A stretch of DNA of 64,000 nucleotides, from positions 79,689 through 143,688 of the forward strand of contig LBRU01000002.1 in assembly GCA_000991575.1 (NCBI GenBank). The letters are read 5' to 3'. The translations under genes were made by a program, and so were the position numbers. Source of the DNA: a candidate division TM6 bacterium GW2011_GWE2_36_25 (GTDB lineage: Bacteria; Babelota; Babeliae; Babelales; UBA12409). Below, piece after piece: positions 30,741 to 40,349 of this stretch (its first letter is position 1; each line of letters starts with the position of its first letter). The notes under the pieces are model-generated. The model had not been told where the DNA came from. It ran no database searches and saw only the letters and a program-made list of their open reading frames with translations.

Positions 30741-32138
30741 TTATAAAGAGCTTACTACCTCGCTATCCTTGTGATGACAGGAACAGGTTCCAATAATCTG
30801 CGTTGTTTCGTGACCTTTACCCAATATTGCAATAATATCTCCAGCATGAGACCAATGATACGCTTGCATAATTGCTTGCACACGATCAGGTTCTCGAAAA
30901 ACTTTTGCCTTTTGATGTAATGTTAAGCATGCAACGATATCATCCATAATTTTTTCCGGATCATCATTACGCGGATTATCATTGGTTAAAATAATCTGTT
31001 CTGCAAACTGCGCTGCAATTTTCCCCATTTTTGCTCGTTTTTCAATATCCTTTCCCCCACCAGCACCAAAAACAACAATCAATTCTCTCGCATGTCTTTT
31101 TAATAAAGGAAGAAGATTTTCATATGCTTGCGGCGTATGCGCATAATCAATAACAGCCCAAGCATTATTGGGTAATCGATATCGCTCACACCGTCCAGCG
31201 ACTCCTTTAAACGATTTTATACCATTCGCAATTGCATCTACGGAAATTCCTAGTTCACATGCAAGTCCAAACGCCCCCGCAACATTTGAAGCATTATAAG
31301 CACCTATTAAAGATGTCTCTAATTGATACCAAACATTATTTTTTCTCAATTCAACAAGTTGTTTTTCAAATGTCTCTTGTAGCTGAATCACCTGATAATC
31401 AACATTTTTTTGATGCCCAGCATACAATGTTTTTGGAAACCTCTCTTTTACTTTTACAGCCCATAAAGAATCATGTACAACCAATGGAGCATTTTTCTTT
31501 TTCTGTGATAAAATAGCACATTTGGTATCAAAATAATCGTCGAGTGAGGCATATTGCTCACCATGTTCATGTGCTAAATTAGTAAAAATAAGACCATCAA
31601 ATTCAAGCCCATCAATGCGACGATATGAAATAGCTTGTGCCGCTAATTCCAGAACCACATACTCAATACCATTTTTTAAACATTGATCAAAAAAATAGTG
31701 TATATAATCTGGTTTTGGCGTTGTCATTGAAGCAAGAAATGCCTGCTCTCCTAAAATGTGTTCAACGCCACTGAGTAACGCAACTGATTTTCCCGCTGCC
31801 TTTAAAATATGAAATAAGAGGTAAACCGATGTTGATTTTCCATCTGTTCCCGTTACACCAAGTAGTTTTAACTTTTTAGCTGGAAAACCATACGCCTCAG
31901 CACTTAACTCCGCTAAAGCTATTCGCGCATTATCAACTATTTTTAAACAAACTTTTTTTTGATAACACAACCGTTGAAGTTCTTCAGTTACGGAATCATT
32001 TTCAAGTACGATCGTTGTTGCACCTTTTGTAATAGCCGCAGAAATAAACTGAGTACCATCAAGCTTCTTGCCAGGAATTGCGACATATATCGAACCGGGC
32101 CCAACATTATCTGTATGACTTGCAACACGAAAAATCAT
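30741..32138 (-). CDS. murE: UDP-N-acetylmuramoyl-L-alanyl-D-glutamate--2,6-diaminopimelate ligase
   Basis: P-loop GVTGTDGKSTS and the DNPRNDDP (DNPR, meso-DAP-type) motif. Confidence 0.9.
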   Translation of the reverse strand: MIFRVASHTDNVGPGSIYVAIPGKKLDGTQFISAAITKGATTIVLENDSVTEELQRLCYQKKVCLKIVDNARIALAELSAEAYGFPAKKLKLLGVTGTDGKSTSVYLLFHILKAAGKSVALLSGVEHILGEQAFLASMTTPKPDYIHYFFDQCLKNGIEYVVLELAAQAISYRRIDGLEFDGLIFTNLAHEHGEQYASLDDYFDTKCAILSQKKKNAPLVVHDSLWAVKVKERFPKTLYAGHQKNVDYQVIQLQETFEKQLVELRKNNVWYQLETSLIGAYNASNVAGAFGLACELGISVDAIANGIKSFKGVAGRCERYRLPNNAWAVIDYAHTPQAYENLLPLLKRHARELIVVFGAGGGKDIEKRAKMGKIAAQFAEQIILTNDNPRNDDPEKIMDDIVACLTLHQKAKVFREPDRVQAIMQAYHWSHAGDIIAILGKGHETTQIIGTCSCHHKDSEVVSSL

Positions 32139-33469
32139 TGTCGTTTATAGTTAACAATTGCTTTATGAAGTAACGGCATAAAGAATACAATAGCGTACAA
32201 GTTGATAAGTAATAAGATTCCATTAACCAAATCGTTAATATCCCAAATCATTTCAACTTTTGTTTTGGTTCCCAAAAAAGCAACTATGCAGAAAATAATA
32301 TAAAACCACTTTTCGCCTCGTCCATTAGTCAAAAAGAAGAATCCTGTTTTACCAATAAAGAGAAAAGCAACCATTACCCCTAAACCAAAACTTGCAGCAA
32401 CAAATGTCACAACCCATCCACCATAAGAACCAAAAACAGTCTGATATGCTGAGACGGCCAAAGCAGAACCAATAGCGCCGTTATTCCAAACACCGGAAGC
32501 AACTACAACCATTGCAACCAAAAAGCAAACAAAACAGGTACTAATAAAGACACCAATCATCGAAATAATGGAATCATTAACAGGTTTTTGCGATCCACTG
32601 GCACCAAAAAAAGACGCCGCAACACCAAAGCCAGCCTCAGTTGAATTAAATGTCCGCGCAAAACCATTTTTTATAATCTGTTGCAAGGTGAAACCTGCTG
32701 CACCACCAGCAACTGCTTGATAAGAAAAAGCTGAACTAAAAATCAACTTTAATGTTGGAACAATCATTTGATAATGATACGTAAGCACAATAATGGCAGA
32801 AACAAAAAATACCAATACTTTGAATGGTGTCAAAATATCAGAAAAACGAAGAATTCTCTTGGCACCCCCCATAATGGCGTACATCAAAAATAACGTTATC
32901 CCAGAAGCAATAATCCATTTATTAATTCCCCATGTACTATAAACAGCATCACCAATTGCATTCGCTTGCATTGCATTACCACTTGTTAATGCATAAAAAT
33001 AAAATAAAAGCGCAAAAACATACGGCATAAATTTTTTACCAGGCAGATGGCTCAAATAAGCAATAGGCCCTCCGCGCACACCGCGCATTTCATATTTATC
33101 AAAATGTACCCCCAAATAAACTTCAGCAAACCGTAGCGCCATGCCAATAAAGCCAGCAAAAAGAATCCAGACCCCCGCACCGGGACCCCCATAAGCTATT
33201 GCAGTGGCAATTCCAGCAATATTGCCATTGCCAACACTTGTTCCTAATGCTCCAAGAAATGCTTGAAATGGTGTTAATGCCGCCCCTTTCTGCGCGCCAA
33301 GTTCACTCTTTTTAGGAAAAAGCAACAATCTCCATGCAGTAAAAAAATAACGAACTTGCACAAAATTCGTTGCTAAGGTTGCTAAAATTCCCACACCCAT
33401 AATAATTAATAATAATGGCCAACCCCATAAATAATTTTTTAAAAGAATGATAAGACTATTGATATTCAT
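32135..33469 (-). CDS. agcS: alanine/glycine:cation symporter (AGCS family)
   Basis: GGPGAGVWILFAGFIGMALRFAEV-type motif in a polytopic protein. ATG at 33469 follows GGGAG. The 3' end overlaps the murE start by 4 nt. Confidence 0.85.
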   Translation of the reverse strand: MNINSLIILLKNYLWGWPLLLIIMGVGILATLATNFVQVRYFFTAWRLLLFPKKSELGAQKGAALTPFQAFLGALGTSVGNGNIAGIATAIAYGGPGAGVWILFAGFIGMALRFAEVYLGVHFDKYEMRGVRGGPIAYLSHLPGKKFMPYVFALLFYFYALTSGNAMQANAIGDAVYSTWGINKWIIASGITLFLMYAIMGGAKRILRFSDILTPFKVLVFFVSAIIVLTYHYQMIVPTLKLIFSSAFSYQAVAGGAAGFTLQQIIKNGFARTFNSTEAGFGVAASFFGASGSQKPVNDSIISMIGVFISTCFVCFLVAMVVVASGVWNNGAIGSALAVSAYQTVFGSYGGWVVTFVAASFGLGVMVAFLFIGKTGFFFLTNGRGEKWFYIIFCIVAFLGTKTKVEMIWDINDLVNGILLLINLYAIVFFMPLLHKAIVNYKRQ

Positions 33470-33547
33470 AAAAACTCCCACAATTTGCAAGTACACAAAC
33501 TTTTTCGTAAGATAAACTTTTATTTATTGAGCCCTCAAGGATAAATC

Positions 33548-33958
33548 ATGAAGATTATAGCATTCGATCTTGGCGATGTACATACGGGAATTGCACAAGC
33601 TGATGAGCTTGGTCTCTTTGCTACACCACGAACCTCCATTGCAACAAAAGATTTAATAAATTGGGTTAAAGAAACTCTACAAAATGAACAGCTTGAAACA
33701 ATTGTTATTGGTTTACCTAAAACACTTAAAGGAACACAAAGCCAACAAACTGAAAAAGTCTTAGCTTACAAGCAAAAGCTTGAAGAATTGTTTCCACAAA
33801 TAAATTGGATCCTTTGGGACGAACGACTTACGAGCAAAGAAGCTCGAACAATGAAATCAAAACAAATAAAAAAAGAAAAAAATAAGGAGCACGCTATTGC
33901 TGCCGCCCTAATTCTGGAGGGCTATTTAGACTTTTTAAGATATAAAGCCAAATCATAA
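33548..33958 (+). CDS. ruvX: YqgF/RuvX-family putative pre-16S rRNA nuclease
   Basis: AFDLGDVHTGIA and WDERLTSKEA motifs, 136 aa. Confidence 0.85.
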   Translation: MKIIAFDLGDVHTGIAQADELGLFATPRTSIATKDLINWVKETLQNEQLETIVIGLPKTLKGTQSQQTEKVLAYKQKLEELFPQINWILWDERLTSKEARTMKSKQIKKEKNKEHAIAAALILEGYLDFLRYKAKS

Positions 33959-33961
33959 CCA

Positions 33962-33991
33962 TTGACAATTTTAATAAAAATTTTTTAAGGT
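33962..33991 (+). promoter_or_regulatory. candidate promoter (TTGACA-18 nt-TAAGGT)
   Basis: Consensus -35 at 33962-33967. The -10 keeps T1, A2 and T6. It would start a transcript at the GC-rich leader near 33998. Confidence 0.3.
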
Positions 33992-33997
33992 AAAGGA

Positions 33998-34090
33998 AGC
34001 GAATGACAATAAATTGTGCAACGGTAGGTGAGATTAGTGCACATCGCACGAGCTCGTGCATGAGCGCATAATCAAGGGGAGGAGAGCCTA
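33998..34090 (+). promoter_or_regulatory. GC-rich structured leader with a 22-codon upstream ORF
   Basis: G+C is visibly elevated against the AT-rich background. UGUGCA (34015-20) pairs with UGCACA (34038-43). There is a 14-nt palindrome GCACGAGCUCGUGC at 34046-34059, and a competing GCUC/GAGC pairing. The uORF 34003-34071 encodes MTINCATVGEISAHRTSSCMSA. Confidence 0.3.
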
Positions 34091-34270
34091 ATGAAATGTC
34101 GCAAGTGCTCGGGGTTAATGGTTAAGCAAACGTTTTTTGACAACTTCCTGAACTTCGAAGGTTGGAAATGTCTTAATTGTGGTAAGATCATAACCAGAAA
34201 AGAAAAAACTATTGAATTTGATGCATTTAGCATCTTTTATCAGCAACAAAAATGTAAAAAATCACACTAG
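34091..34270 (+). CDS. unlisted 59-aa zinc-ribbon protein
   Basis: AAGGGGAGGAG RBS. Product MKCRKCSGLMVKQTFFDNFLNFEGWKCLNCGKIITRKEKTIEFDAFSIFYQQQKCKKSH has a CxxC..CxxC pair. It falls just under the 60-aa track cut-off. Confidence 0.5.
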   Translation: MKCRKCSGLMVKQTFFDNFLNFEGWKCLNCGKIITRKEKTIEFDAFSIFYQQQKCKKSH

Positions 34271-34281
34271 TAAGAAAAGTT

Positions 34282-34947
34282 ATGACAAAATTTTTAGCAG
34301 CCCAAGCTACATATCACGACATCCAAATTGGACTCTTTTTTGATAATCTTTGTAAAAAATCATACACCTTATCCAAAATAGAAGCTTGTAAAAACCTTAC
34401 CCTAACAATCAAAGAATTATTAGACAAAAACAACCTCACCTGCTCTGATCTCAACTTTATTGGCTCCAATCAAGGCCCGGCCCCCTTCACCACTTTACGC
34501 GTTTTAATTGCCACTTTAAATGGTCTCGCCTTTGCCAATAATATCCCCCTTGTTGGTGTTGATGGCCTTCAAGCATTTTTATCCTATGTCGAAGATGAAA
34601 ATTATCCGCAGACAATCATTATTCTTAATGCTTTCAATAAAGACCTTTATTACGCCTACAAAGAAAACAATCAAATGGTAACCGGATGGAAAAATGCAGA
34701 AAATTTATTCAACAAAATAAAAAAAACAACATCTTCTGAAAGTATTCGCTTTTTAGGCAATGGAGTAGAACTTTTTAGAAATGAAATCACCAATATTTTT
34801 GGCAAAAAAGCATTTTTACCAGAACCCTTGATCGAATTTACACCACTTGAAATTATCGCAAAATTGTCGCTAGAACAATTCCAAAAAAATATCACAACAA
34901 AACAACTTCAACCGCTCTATTTAAAATCAATACAATTATCTAAATAA
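34282..34947 (+). CDS. tsaB: tRNA threonylcarbamoyladenosine biosynthesis protein TsaB (YeaZ family)
   Basis: GPAPFTTLRVLIATLNGLAFANNIPLVGVDGLQA matches the GPGSFTGLRIG..P..GV..L core, 221 aa. Confidence 0.75.
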   Translation: MTKFLAAQATYHDIQIGLFFDNLCKKSYTLSKIEACKNLTLTIKELLDKNNLTCSDLNFIGSNQGPAPFTTLRVLIATLNGLAFANNIPLVGVDGLQAFLSYVEDENYPQTIIILNAFNKDLYYAYKENNQMVTGWKNAENLFNKIKKTTSSESIRFLGNGVELFRNEITNIFGKKAFLPEPLIEFTPLEIIAKLSLEQFQKNITTKQLQPLYLKSIQLSK

Positions 34948-35005
34948 CTCTTTTGTTGCAATCACCTAATCAACTTATAGATAATAGCAAATAAAAGTGT
35001 AATTA

Positions 35006-35905
35006 ATGAAAAAGTATTGGATCATTTTTTTATTTGTTGTTATAAATTTTAGTCAACAATCAATAATCCTACGAAGAGAGGTATATAAAAAACCGCCGCT
35101 TAATCGAAAACCAAGTTATCCATTTATTACTGGAGATGGATTTCGCGCATTAGCTCAACATATTTTAGATCAAGAAAAATGCTTTAATCCAAAAAATGTA
35201 CAAAAAAAAGATATCATTTTCCTAAAAACCGATTATTTAAAGTATTTTTTTGAAAAAATGTTTCCAAAAATAAAAAACAATTTCATTTTAATAACTCACA
35301 ATTCTGACTACTCTGCGCCACAAAATTATAGTGCTTACCTTGATGATTCCCGCATTATTAAATGGTTTGCTCAAAATGTAGAAATTTATTCACATCCAAA
35401 ACTCATTCCAATTCCAATAGGATTAGAAAATCGTTACAAGTCTCGCGGAGCTCAAATAAAAAGAATAGAAGCGTTTATATCACAATACACTAAAAACACA
35501 GCACGAAATATTTTTGTTTATGCAAATATAGCCAACACGCATCCCAACCGCTCAACCTTAAAAGCATTATTATCTTCTCAACGACATATTTGTTGGTCAG
35601 AAAGAAAGCCTTTTTTTCATTATCTCAAAGATCTTTCACGTTCAATCTTTGTTTTAAGCCCTTCTGGACATGGTCTTGATTGTCATCGAACCTGGGAAGC
35701 GCTTTTACTTGGTGCAATTCCTATTGTAAAAACTTCTTCACTCGACCCAATGTTTCAAGATCTTCCGGTTGTAATCGTAAAAAACTGGGAAGAATTGACT
35801 AAAGAATTTCTTGAACAAAAATTACAAGAATTTAAAAAGCTCCCCTTTAATATGGAAAAAATTTATTTCGGTTATTGGAAAAATTTAATACAAGAAACCA
35901 ATTAG
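35006..35905 (+). CDS. signal-anchored exostosin (GT47)-like putative glycosyltransferase, paralog 1
   Basis: N-terminal TM anchor. The C-terminal block FVLSPSGHGLDCHRTWEALLLGAIPIVK..LPVVIV resembles the exostosin-type F.L.P.G....S.R..EA...GCIPV pattern. Confidence 0.45.
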   Translation: MKKYWIIFLFVVINFSQQSIILRREVYKKPPLNRKPSYPFITGDGFRALAQHILDQEKCFNPKNVQKKDIIFLKTDYLKYFFEKMFPKIKNNFILITHNSDYSAPQNYSAYLDDSRIIKWFAQNVEIYSHPKLIPIPIGLENRYKSRGAQIKRIEAFISQYTKNTARNIFVYANIANTHPNRSTLKALLSSQRHICWSERKPFFHYLKDLSRSIFVLSPSGHGLDCHRTWEALLLGAIPIVKTSSLDPMFQDLPVVIVKNWEELTKEFLEQKLQEFKKLPFNMEKIYFGYWKNLIQETN

Positions 35906-35935
35906 TATTTAACGCCCCGCACAAGCTCATACAAC

Positions 35936-35963
35936 TTGACAATTAAACATAATGTAGGAGAAT
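35936..35963 (+). promoter_or_regulatory. candidate promoter (TTGACA-16 nt-GAGAAT)
   Basis: Consensus -35 at 35936-35941 and a 4/6 -10 match, upstream of the 35995 gene. Confidence 0.25.
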
Positions 35964-35994
35964 AGTCACATATTTTAAAACAACTTTTTTTATA

Positions 35995-36855
35995 ATGAAA
36001 AAAATTTTATTGGTTTTATTTATTCTGTTAAACACATTAACACAAGACCGCAGACCAAGTTTTCCTTTTATCACAGGGGACGGGTTTCGTTCACTCGCTC
36101 AGCATATTTTAGATGAAGAATCTAAATTTGAGCCCACCATAGTCAATGAAAAAGATATCATTTTTGTTGGAACACATTTTTTACCATTATTTTTTTCAGA
36201 TTACTTTCCCCAAATAACGGTACCTTTTATTCTAATAAATCATAATAGCGATTGCGGCGTTTCATCCAATTTCACTTCATACATAAATGATACAAAAATT
36301 ATCAAATGGTTTGCTCAAAATGTAAGTAATTGGAGACACCCTAAGCTTATTCCTATACCAATTGGCTTGGAAAACCGATATAACAAAATTGGAAGCCAAT
36401 TTGAAAATATTAAAATATTTATTTCTCAAAATGCTCAAAATAAGAAAAGAAATATTTTTATTTATGCAAATATTTCAGAAACACATCTCGAACGTTTTGA
36501 AGTGTATAAAACACTCGCATTAAAACCATATATTACGTGGTCTACAAGAAAAGATTTTTTTTCTTATCTTACTGATCTTTCCAAATCAATTTTTGTCTTA
36601 AGCCCACGAGGCAATGGCCTGGACTGTCATCGAACATGGGAAGCACTTTTGCTTGGCGCAATTCCTATTGTAAAAGCTTCTTCACTCGATCCAATATATC
36701 ATAACCTTCCTGTCGTTATCGTAAAAAACTGGGAAGAATTATCTAAAGAATTTATTGAACAAAAATTAGAAGAACTTAGTCATTGCGCCTTTAGTATGGA
36801 AAAAATTTATTTCGGTTATTGGAAAAATTTAATACAAACAAGTCAAGGAGTTTGA
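35995..36855 (+). CDS. signal-anchored exostosin (GT47)-like putative glycosyltransferase, paralog 2
   Basis: It is collinear with paralog 1 (RRPSFPFITGDGFRSLAQHILD, WFAQNV, PKLIPIPIGLENRY, GLDCHRTWEALLLGAIPIVK). A 43-nt run is identical at 35851-35893 and 36795-36837. Confidence 0.45.
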   Translation: MKKILLVLFILLNTLTQDRRPSFPFITGDGFRSLAQHILDEESKFEPTIVNEKDIIFVGTHFLPLFFSDYFPQITVPFILINHNSDCGVSSNFTSYINDTKIIKWFAQNVSNWRHPKLIPIPIGLENRYNKIGSQFENIKIFISQNAQNKKRNIFIYANISETHLERFEVYKTLALKPYITWSTRKDFFSYLTDLSKSIFVLSPRGNGLDCHRTWEALLLGAIPIVKASSLDPIYHNLPVVIVKNWEELSKEFIEQKLEELSHCAFSMEKIYFGYWKNLIQTSQGV

Positions 36856-36857
36856 AA

Positions 36858-37757
36858 TTGAAGTATTTAAAATTATCATTTTGTTACTTAATAACCTTTT
36901 TATACGCAGAAAATTTCAATGAATCAATAACATTCGAAGCACTATCAAAAGACTTGGCAACAGATCATGTACTTGTCTTTGATGAATTATTCAAATTAAT
37001 ACCAATGCCTCATTTGTTAGAACTTGGTTGCTCTAAAAGCTCCACATATTTTGCAAAAAATTGCAAAAATCTACTTACTCATGAACTAACGGTAAAAGAT
37101 CGCTTCAATTTTGCAATGCCCTGGTTTCTAAAAGCCAATAAAGACTTAAAACCAAACTTGTTAAACTGGAATTTAGAACTATATATTTTTAATGAATCAG
37201 TAAATCGAGCAAATAATATCGCAATTGAAGGTAAAAATCCAGAGTTGTTTGACAAGCAATATTTAAATGAAATTAGAAATTTCTTTAACAAGATTTGCAC
37301 AGACAACATTTTCGATATTATCTTTATCGACCCAGGAATTCATATTCGCGGTGACTTCGTTAACGAAGCATTTAATAGAAGTGACATTATTGTAGCTCAT
37401 GATACTAATTTTAATCCACACATTTATGGTTGGACGAAAATCAAAGCACCGTCTAATTATACTAAAATTCATTTCAATTACGGCTCCGGAACCTCTATTT
37501 GGGTAAAAAATGAAAGAATAGAATTAATTAATGAACTCAAAGCTAAACTACAAAGTAAAGAATGTGAACTCAAACTACAACCTCATATTCCAACACAATC
37601 ACCACAAGAAACTGTAAACAATAAACAAACCTCAATTATAAAAGAAATCTATGAACGCCATTTCACCATAGATTCTTCCGAACAAGAAGTAGATACAGAA
37701 AAATTACAAACTTCTCTATGGGAACAATTAAGCAGTACGGATGATACCAGCAACTAA
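36858..37757 (+). CDS. signal-anchored protein with class I methyltransferase-like (Methyltransf_24-type) core
   Basis: TTG at 36858 lies 7 nt after AAGGAG and gives MKYLKLSFCYLITFLYA. LLELGCSKSS and FDIIFIDPGIHIRGDFVNEAFNRSDIIVAHD resemble the motif I and post-I/IV layout. Confidence 0.35.
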   Translation: MKYLKLSFCYLITFLYAENFNESITFEALSKDLATDHVLVFDELFKLIPMPHLLELGCSKSSTYFAKNCKNLLTHELTVKDRFNFAMPWFLKANKDLKPNLLNWNLELYIFNESVNRANNIAIEGKNPELFDKQYLNEIRNFFNKICTDNIFDIIFIDPGIHIRGDFVNEAFNRSDIIVAHDTNFNPHIYGWTKIKAPSNYTKIHFNYGSGTSIWVKNERIELINELKAKLQSKECELKLQPHIPTQSPQETVNNKQTSIIKEIYERHFTIDSSEQEVDTEKLQTSLWEQLSSTDDTSN

Positions 37758-38459
37758 TGTTGCAGCTAATTCGGAACGTAAAATAGATTTGGTTAAACGA
37801 TAAGCATCATAACCTTGCTGGCAAAGAATTTCTTTTTCCGGCAATGTTAAATCGCCCTCTGGCCCAATAAGCACAACAAGGTCTTCTAGATCTTTACAGA
37901 TTAATGGTATTAATGAATTACCGGATGGATCACAAAAAATCGCCCGTTTTAAATGTTGCTGCTTAATCATTTTTTCAAATAAAATTGGCGCTTCTAATTG
38001 AGGTAAAACAAATTGTTTGGACTGTTCTGCCGCAGCGATCATAACACGTTCAAGCCGTTCAAATTCTTTTTGACCACCCCATTTACGTGAAACTTTTTCA
38101 CTCATAAACAATTGAATCTTATTAACACCAAATACTGTTAACGCTTCAATCGTATTTTCTAACGCTTCACGTTTCAAAAGTCCTAATTGTATAACGAGCT
38201 CTGGTTGAATTGATTCATTATCAAAAACCCGTGTTACTTCAACTACAACCTCTTTTTTATCAATAGATGTAATAATAACTTGCGCATGTTTAGTCTTATC
38301 AAAAAAGATAAGGGAGTCTTTTAGGTTAAGCCTTAAAATGCGTGAAATACGATGCACTAATTCTTTTTCAGCAATATGCAAAAGCTTTTCTTCTAATTTC
38401 TTTGAAAGCACTGGATAGTAAAGTGCAAATTCGTGTTCATTCATTGTGTGCCATGTCAC
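37728..38459 (-). CDS. rsmE: 16S rRNA (uracil1498-N3)-methyltransferase
   Basis: The C-terminal LIGPEGDLTLPE motif and SPOUT-knot layout are present. The start is ambiguous between 38459 and 38444. The 3' end overlaps the convergent 36858-37757 gene by 30 nt. Confidence 0.8.
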   Translation of the reverse strand: MTWHTMNEHEFALYYPVLSKKLEEKLLHIAEKELVHRISRILRLNLKDSLIFFDKTKHAQVIITSIDKKEVVVEVTRVFDNESIQPELVIQLGLLKREALENTIEALTVFGVNKIQLFMSEKVSRKWGGQKEFERLERVMIAAAEQSKQFVLPQLEAPILFEKMIKQQHLKRAIFCDPSGNSLIPLICKDLEDLVVLIGPEGDLTLPEKEILCQQGYDAYRLTKSILRSELAATLVAGIIRTA

Positions 38460-38781
38460 CAGTTGCCACAGATTTTTTTTTAAGATTCAATTGATAAAAC
38501 AAATTCAATGTAATGTTTTTGGTTCTTTGTGAACGATCTTTAAACCAATCCCACAATTTACACAGTTTTATAAAAACATAAGCACCAGGCTTGCTCACAA
38601 TTTTAAGATACCAAGGCAACTCCCGAATGGTTAACATCTCTTCAGGAAGCTCACTTACTTGCTGTAAAATGTCATCATTAAGTTCTTCAATCTCTTCTGC
38701 TGCGTCCACACATTGTTCACTCTTGATAAAAGATTGATAACAACACCCAAAAACTAAAAATAATAACAGATATTTCTTCAT
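38437..38781 (-). CDS. hypothetical secreted protein
   Basis: ATG at 38781 gives signal peptide MKKYLLLFLVFGCCYQSF. No family recognised. Confidence 0.45.
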   Translation of the reverse strand: MKKYLLLFLVFGCCYQSFIKSEQCVDAAEEIEELNDDILQQVSELPEEMLTIRELPWYLKIVSKPGAYVFIKLCKLWDWFKDRSQRTKNITLNLFYQLNLKKKSVATGDMAHNE

Positions 38782-38846
38782 AATCTTCCTATTTTTTGTA
38801 CACAAATGTTTAAACAGTATACTGAAGAATAAAAAGGATATAAAGC

Positions 38847-40349
38847 ATGAACCCCACTGTATTAGTCATCCTTGATGGGCTAGGTTATCGTAAAGAAAAA
38901 AAATATAATGCGGTAGCAAAAGCACACACCCCTATGCTCGATTATCTTAAAAAACATTACCCTTATACGATAATTCAAGCAGCAGGAACAGCCGTCGGCC
39001 TTCGACCTGGCATGATGGGAAATTCAGAAGTAGGTCACTTAACTATTGGCACCGGCAGAATAATTGAGCAACCAATTAAGCGCATTGATAATCTTATTAA
39101 TTCAGATCGATTAAAAGAATCACCCGTCATTAAAAAAAATTTTACTACTCTTGCACAAACAGAAAATGTTCTCCACCTTATTGGACTCTTATCTGATGCA
39201 GGAGTCCACAGTGATATTAATCATCTATTTTCCTTTATTGATAGTGCTCATAATTATCACATCAAAAAAATTGTTATTCATCCATTTCTTGATGGACGAG
39301 ACACCCCTCCACAATCAGCTGTGCAATTTTTAAATCAACTCCAAAACAAAATTAAAGCTATCCCCGAAGCATCAATTGGCTCTATCTGTGGCCGTTTTTA
39401 TGGCATGGATCGCAACAAAGAATGGGATCGAACAAAAGAAACATATGACATGCTCACTGAAAAAATGACACTAAAATTTACTTCATGGCAAACCGCTCTT
39501 GACTATTATTATAAAAAACAGATTACCGACGAATTTATTCCCCCCACACAATTAAATCATGAAATTGTAGAAAATGGCGATGGTATATTATTTTTTAATT
39601 TTCGTCCTGACCGCGCTCGACAATTAACTGCAGCCTTTATCGATAAAAATTTTAACAAATTTCCAATCAAAAACCTTGAACTTGCATTTTTTATCACCCC
39701 TGTTGAATATGCCAAAAATCTTACAACAGATTTTATTTTGCCAAATGAACAGATACAACAGACGCTTATGGAAATTTTAGCACATCAGCATTTATCAACA
39801 TTTACCATAGCGGAAACGGAAAAATATGCACATGTTACCTATTTTTTCAATGCAGGACGCGAAACCAAGTATCCAAAAGAAGATCGCGTAATTATTCCAT
39901 CGATCACCACCACTTCTTACAAAAATATCCCAGAAATGCAAGCCAATAAAATCACTGAAACTGTTCTTCACTCATTAAAAGAAAACCCCCATAACTTTTA
40001 CCTCATTAATTATGCAAATCCCGATATGGTAGGCCATTCAGGAGATTTTGAAGCAACGGTAAAAGGGGTTGAATGTGTCGATGATCAAGTGAAAAAACTT
40101 TATGAGCACGTTGTTGAGAAAATGAATGGAACATTATACATTACAGCAGATCATGGCAATGCAGAAATGATGTGGGATGAAGAACATAATCAACCACAAA
40201 CATCACATACTAATAGTCCTGTCGAATTCATATTCATTAATCAAGCAGTTAAAGACAAAAAAATAGATTTGCCGCTTAAAGGACTCAGTAATATTGCCCC
40301 ATTTATTTTAAAAAACCTTGGCTTACCAGTTCCACAAGAAATGTCCTAA
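38847..40349 (+). CDS. gpmI: 2,3-bisphosphoglycerate-independent phosphoglycerate mutase
   Basis: LDGLGYR, phosphoserine motif GNSEVGHLTIGTGR, NPDMVGHSG and TADHGNAE. Confidence 0.93.
   Translation: MNPTVLVILDGLGYRKEKKYNAVAKAHTPMLDYLKKHYPYTIIQAAGTAVGLRPGMMGNSEVGHLTIGTGRIIEQPIKRIDNLINSDRLKESPVIKKNFTTLAQTENVLHLIGLLSDAGVHSDINHLFSFIDSAHNYHIKKIVIHPFLDGRDTPPQSAVQFLNQLQNKIKAIPEASIGSICGRFYGMDRNKEWDRTKETYDMLTEKMTLKFTSWQTALDYYYKKQITDEFIPPTQLNHEIVENGDGILFFNFRPDRARQLTAAFIDKNFNKFPIKNLELAFFITPVEYAKNLTTDFILPNEQIQQTLMEILAHQHLSTFTIAETEKYAHVTYFFNAGRETKYPKEDRVIIPSITTTSYKNIPEMQANKITETVLHSLKENPHNFYLINYANPDMVGHSGDFEATVKGVECVDDQVKKLYEHVVEKMNGTLYITADHGNAEMMWDEEHNQPQTSHTNSPVEFIFINQAVKDKKIDLPLKGLSNIAPFILKNLGLPVPQEMS

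Noticed and set aside
33998-34090. SRP (4.5S) RNA, TPP riboswitch or tRNA in the GC-rich leader
   Set aside because: GGAAGC and UGAGA fragments are present. The required partners are absent: the GNRA-capped helix 8 with an AGCA/GGAA loop pairing, the ACCUGAUCUGG..CCAGCG arm, and a GTTCRANYC T-loop.
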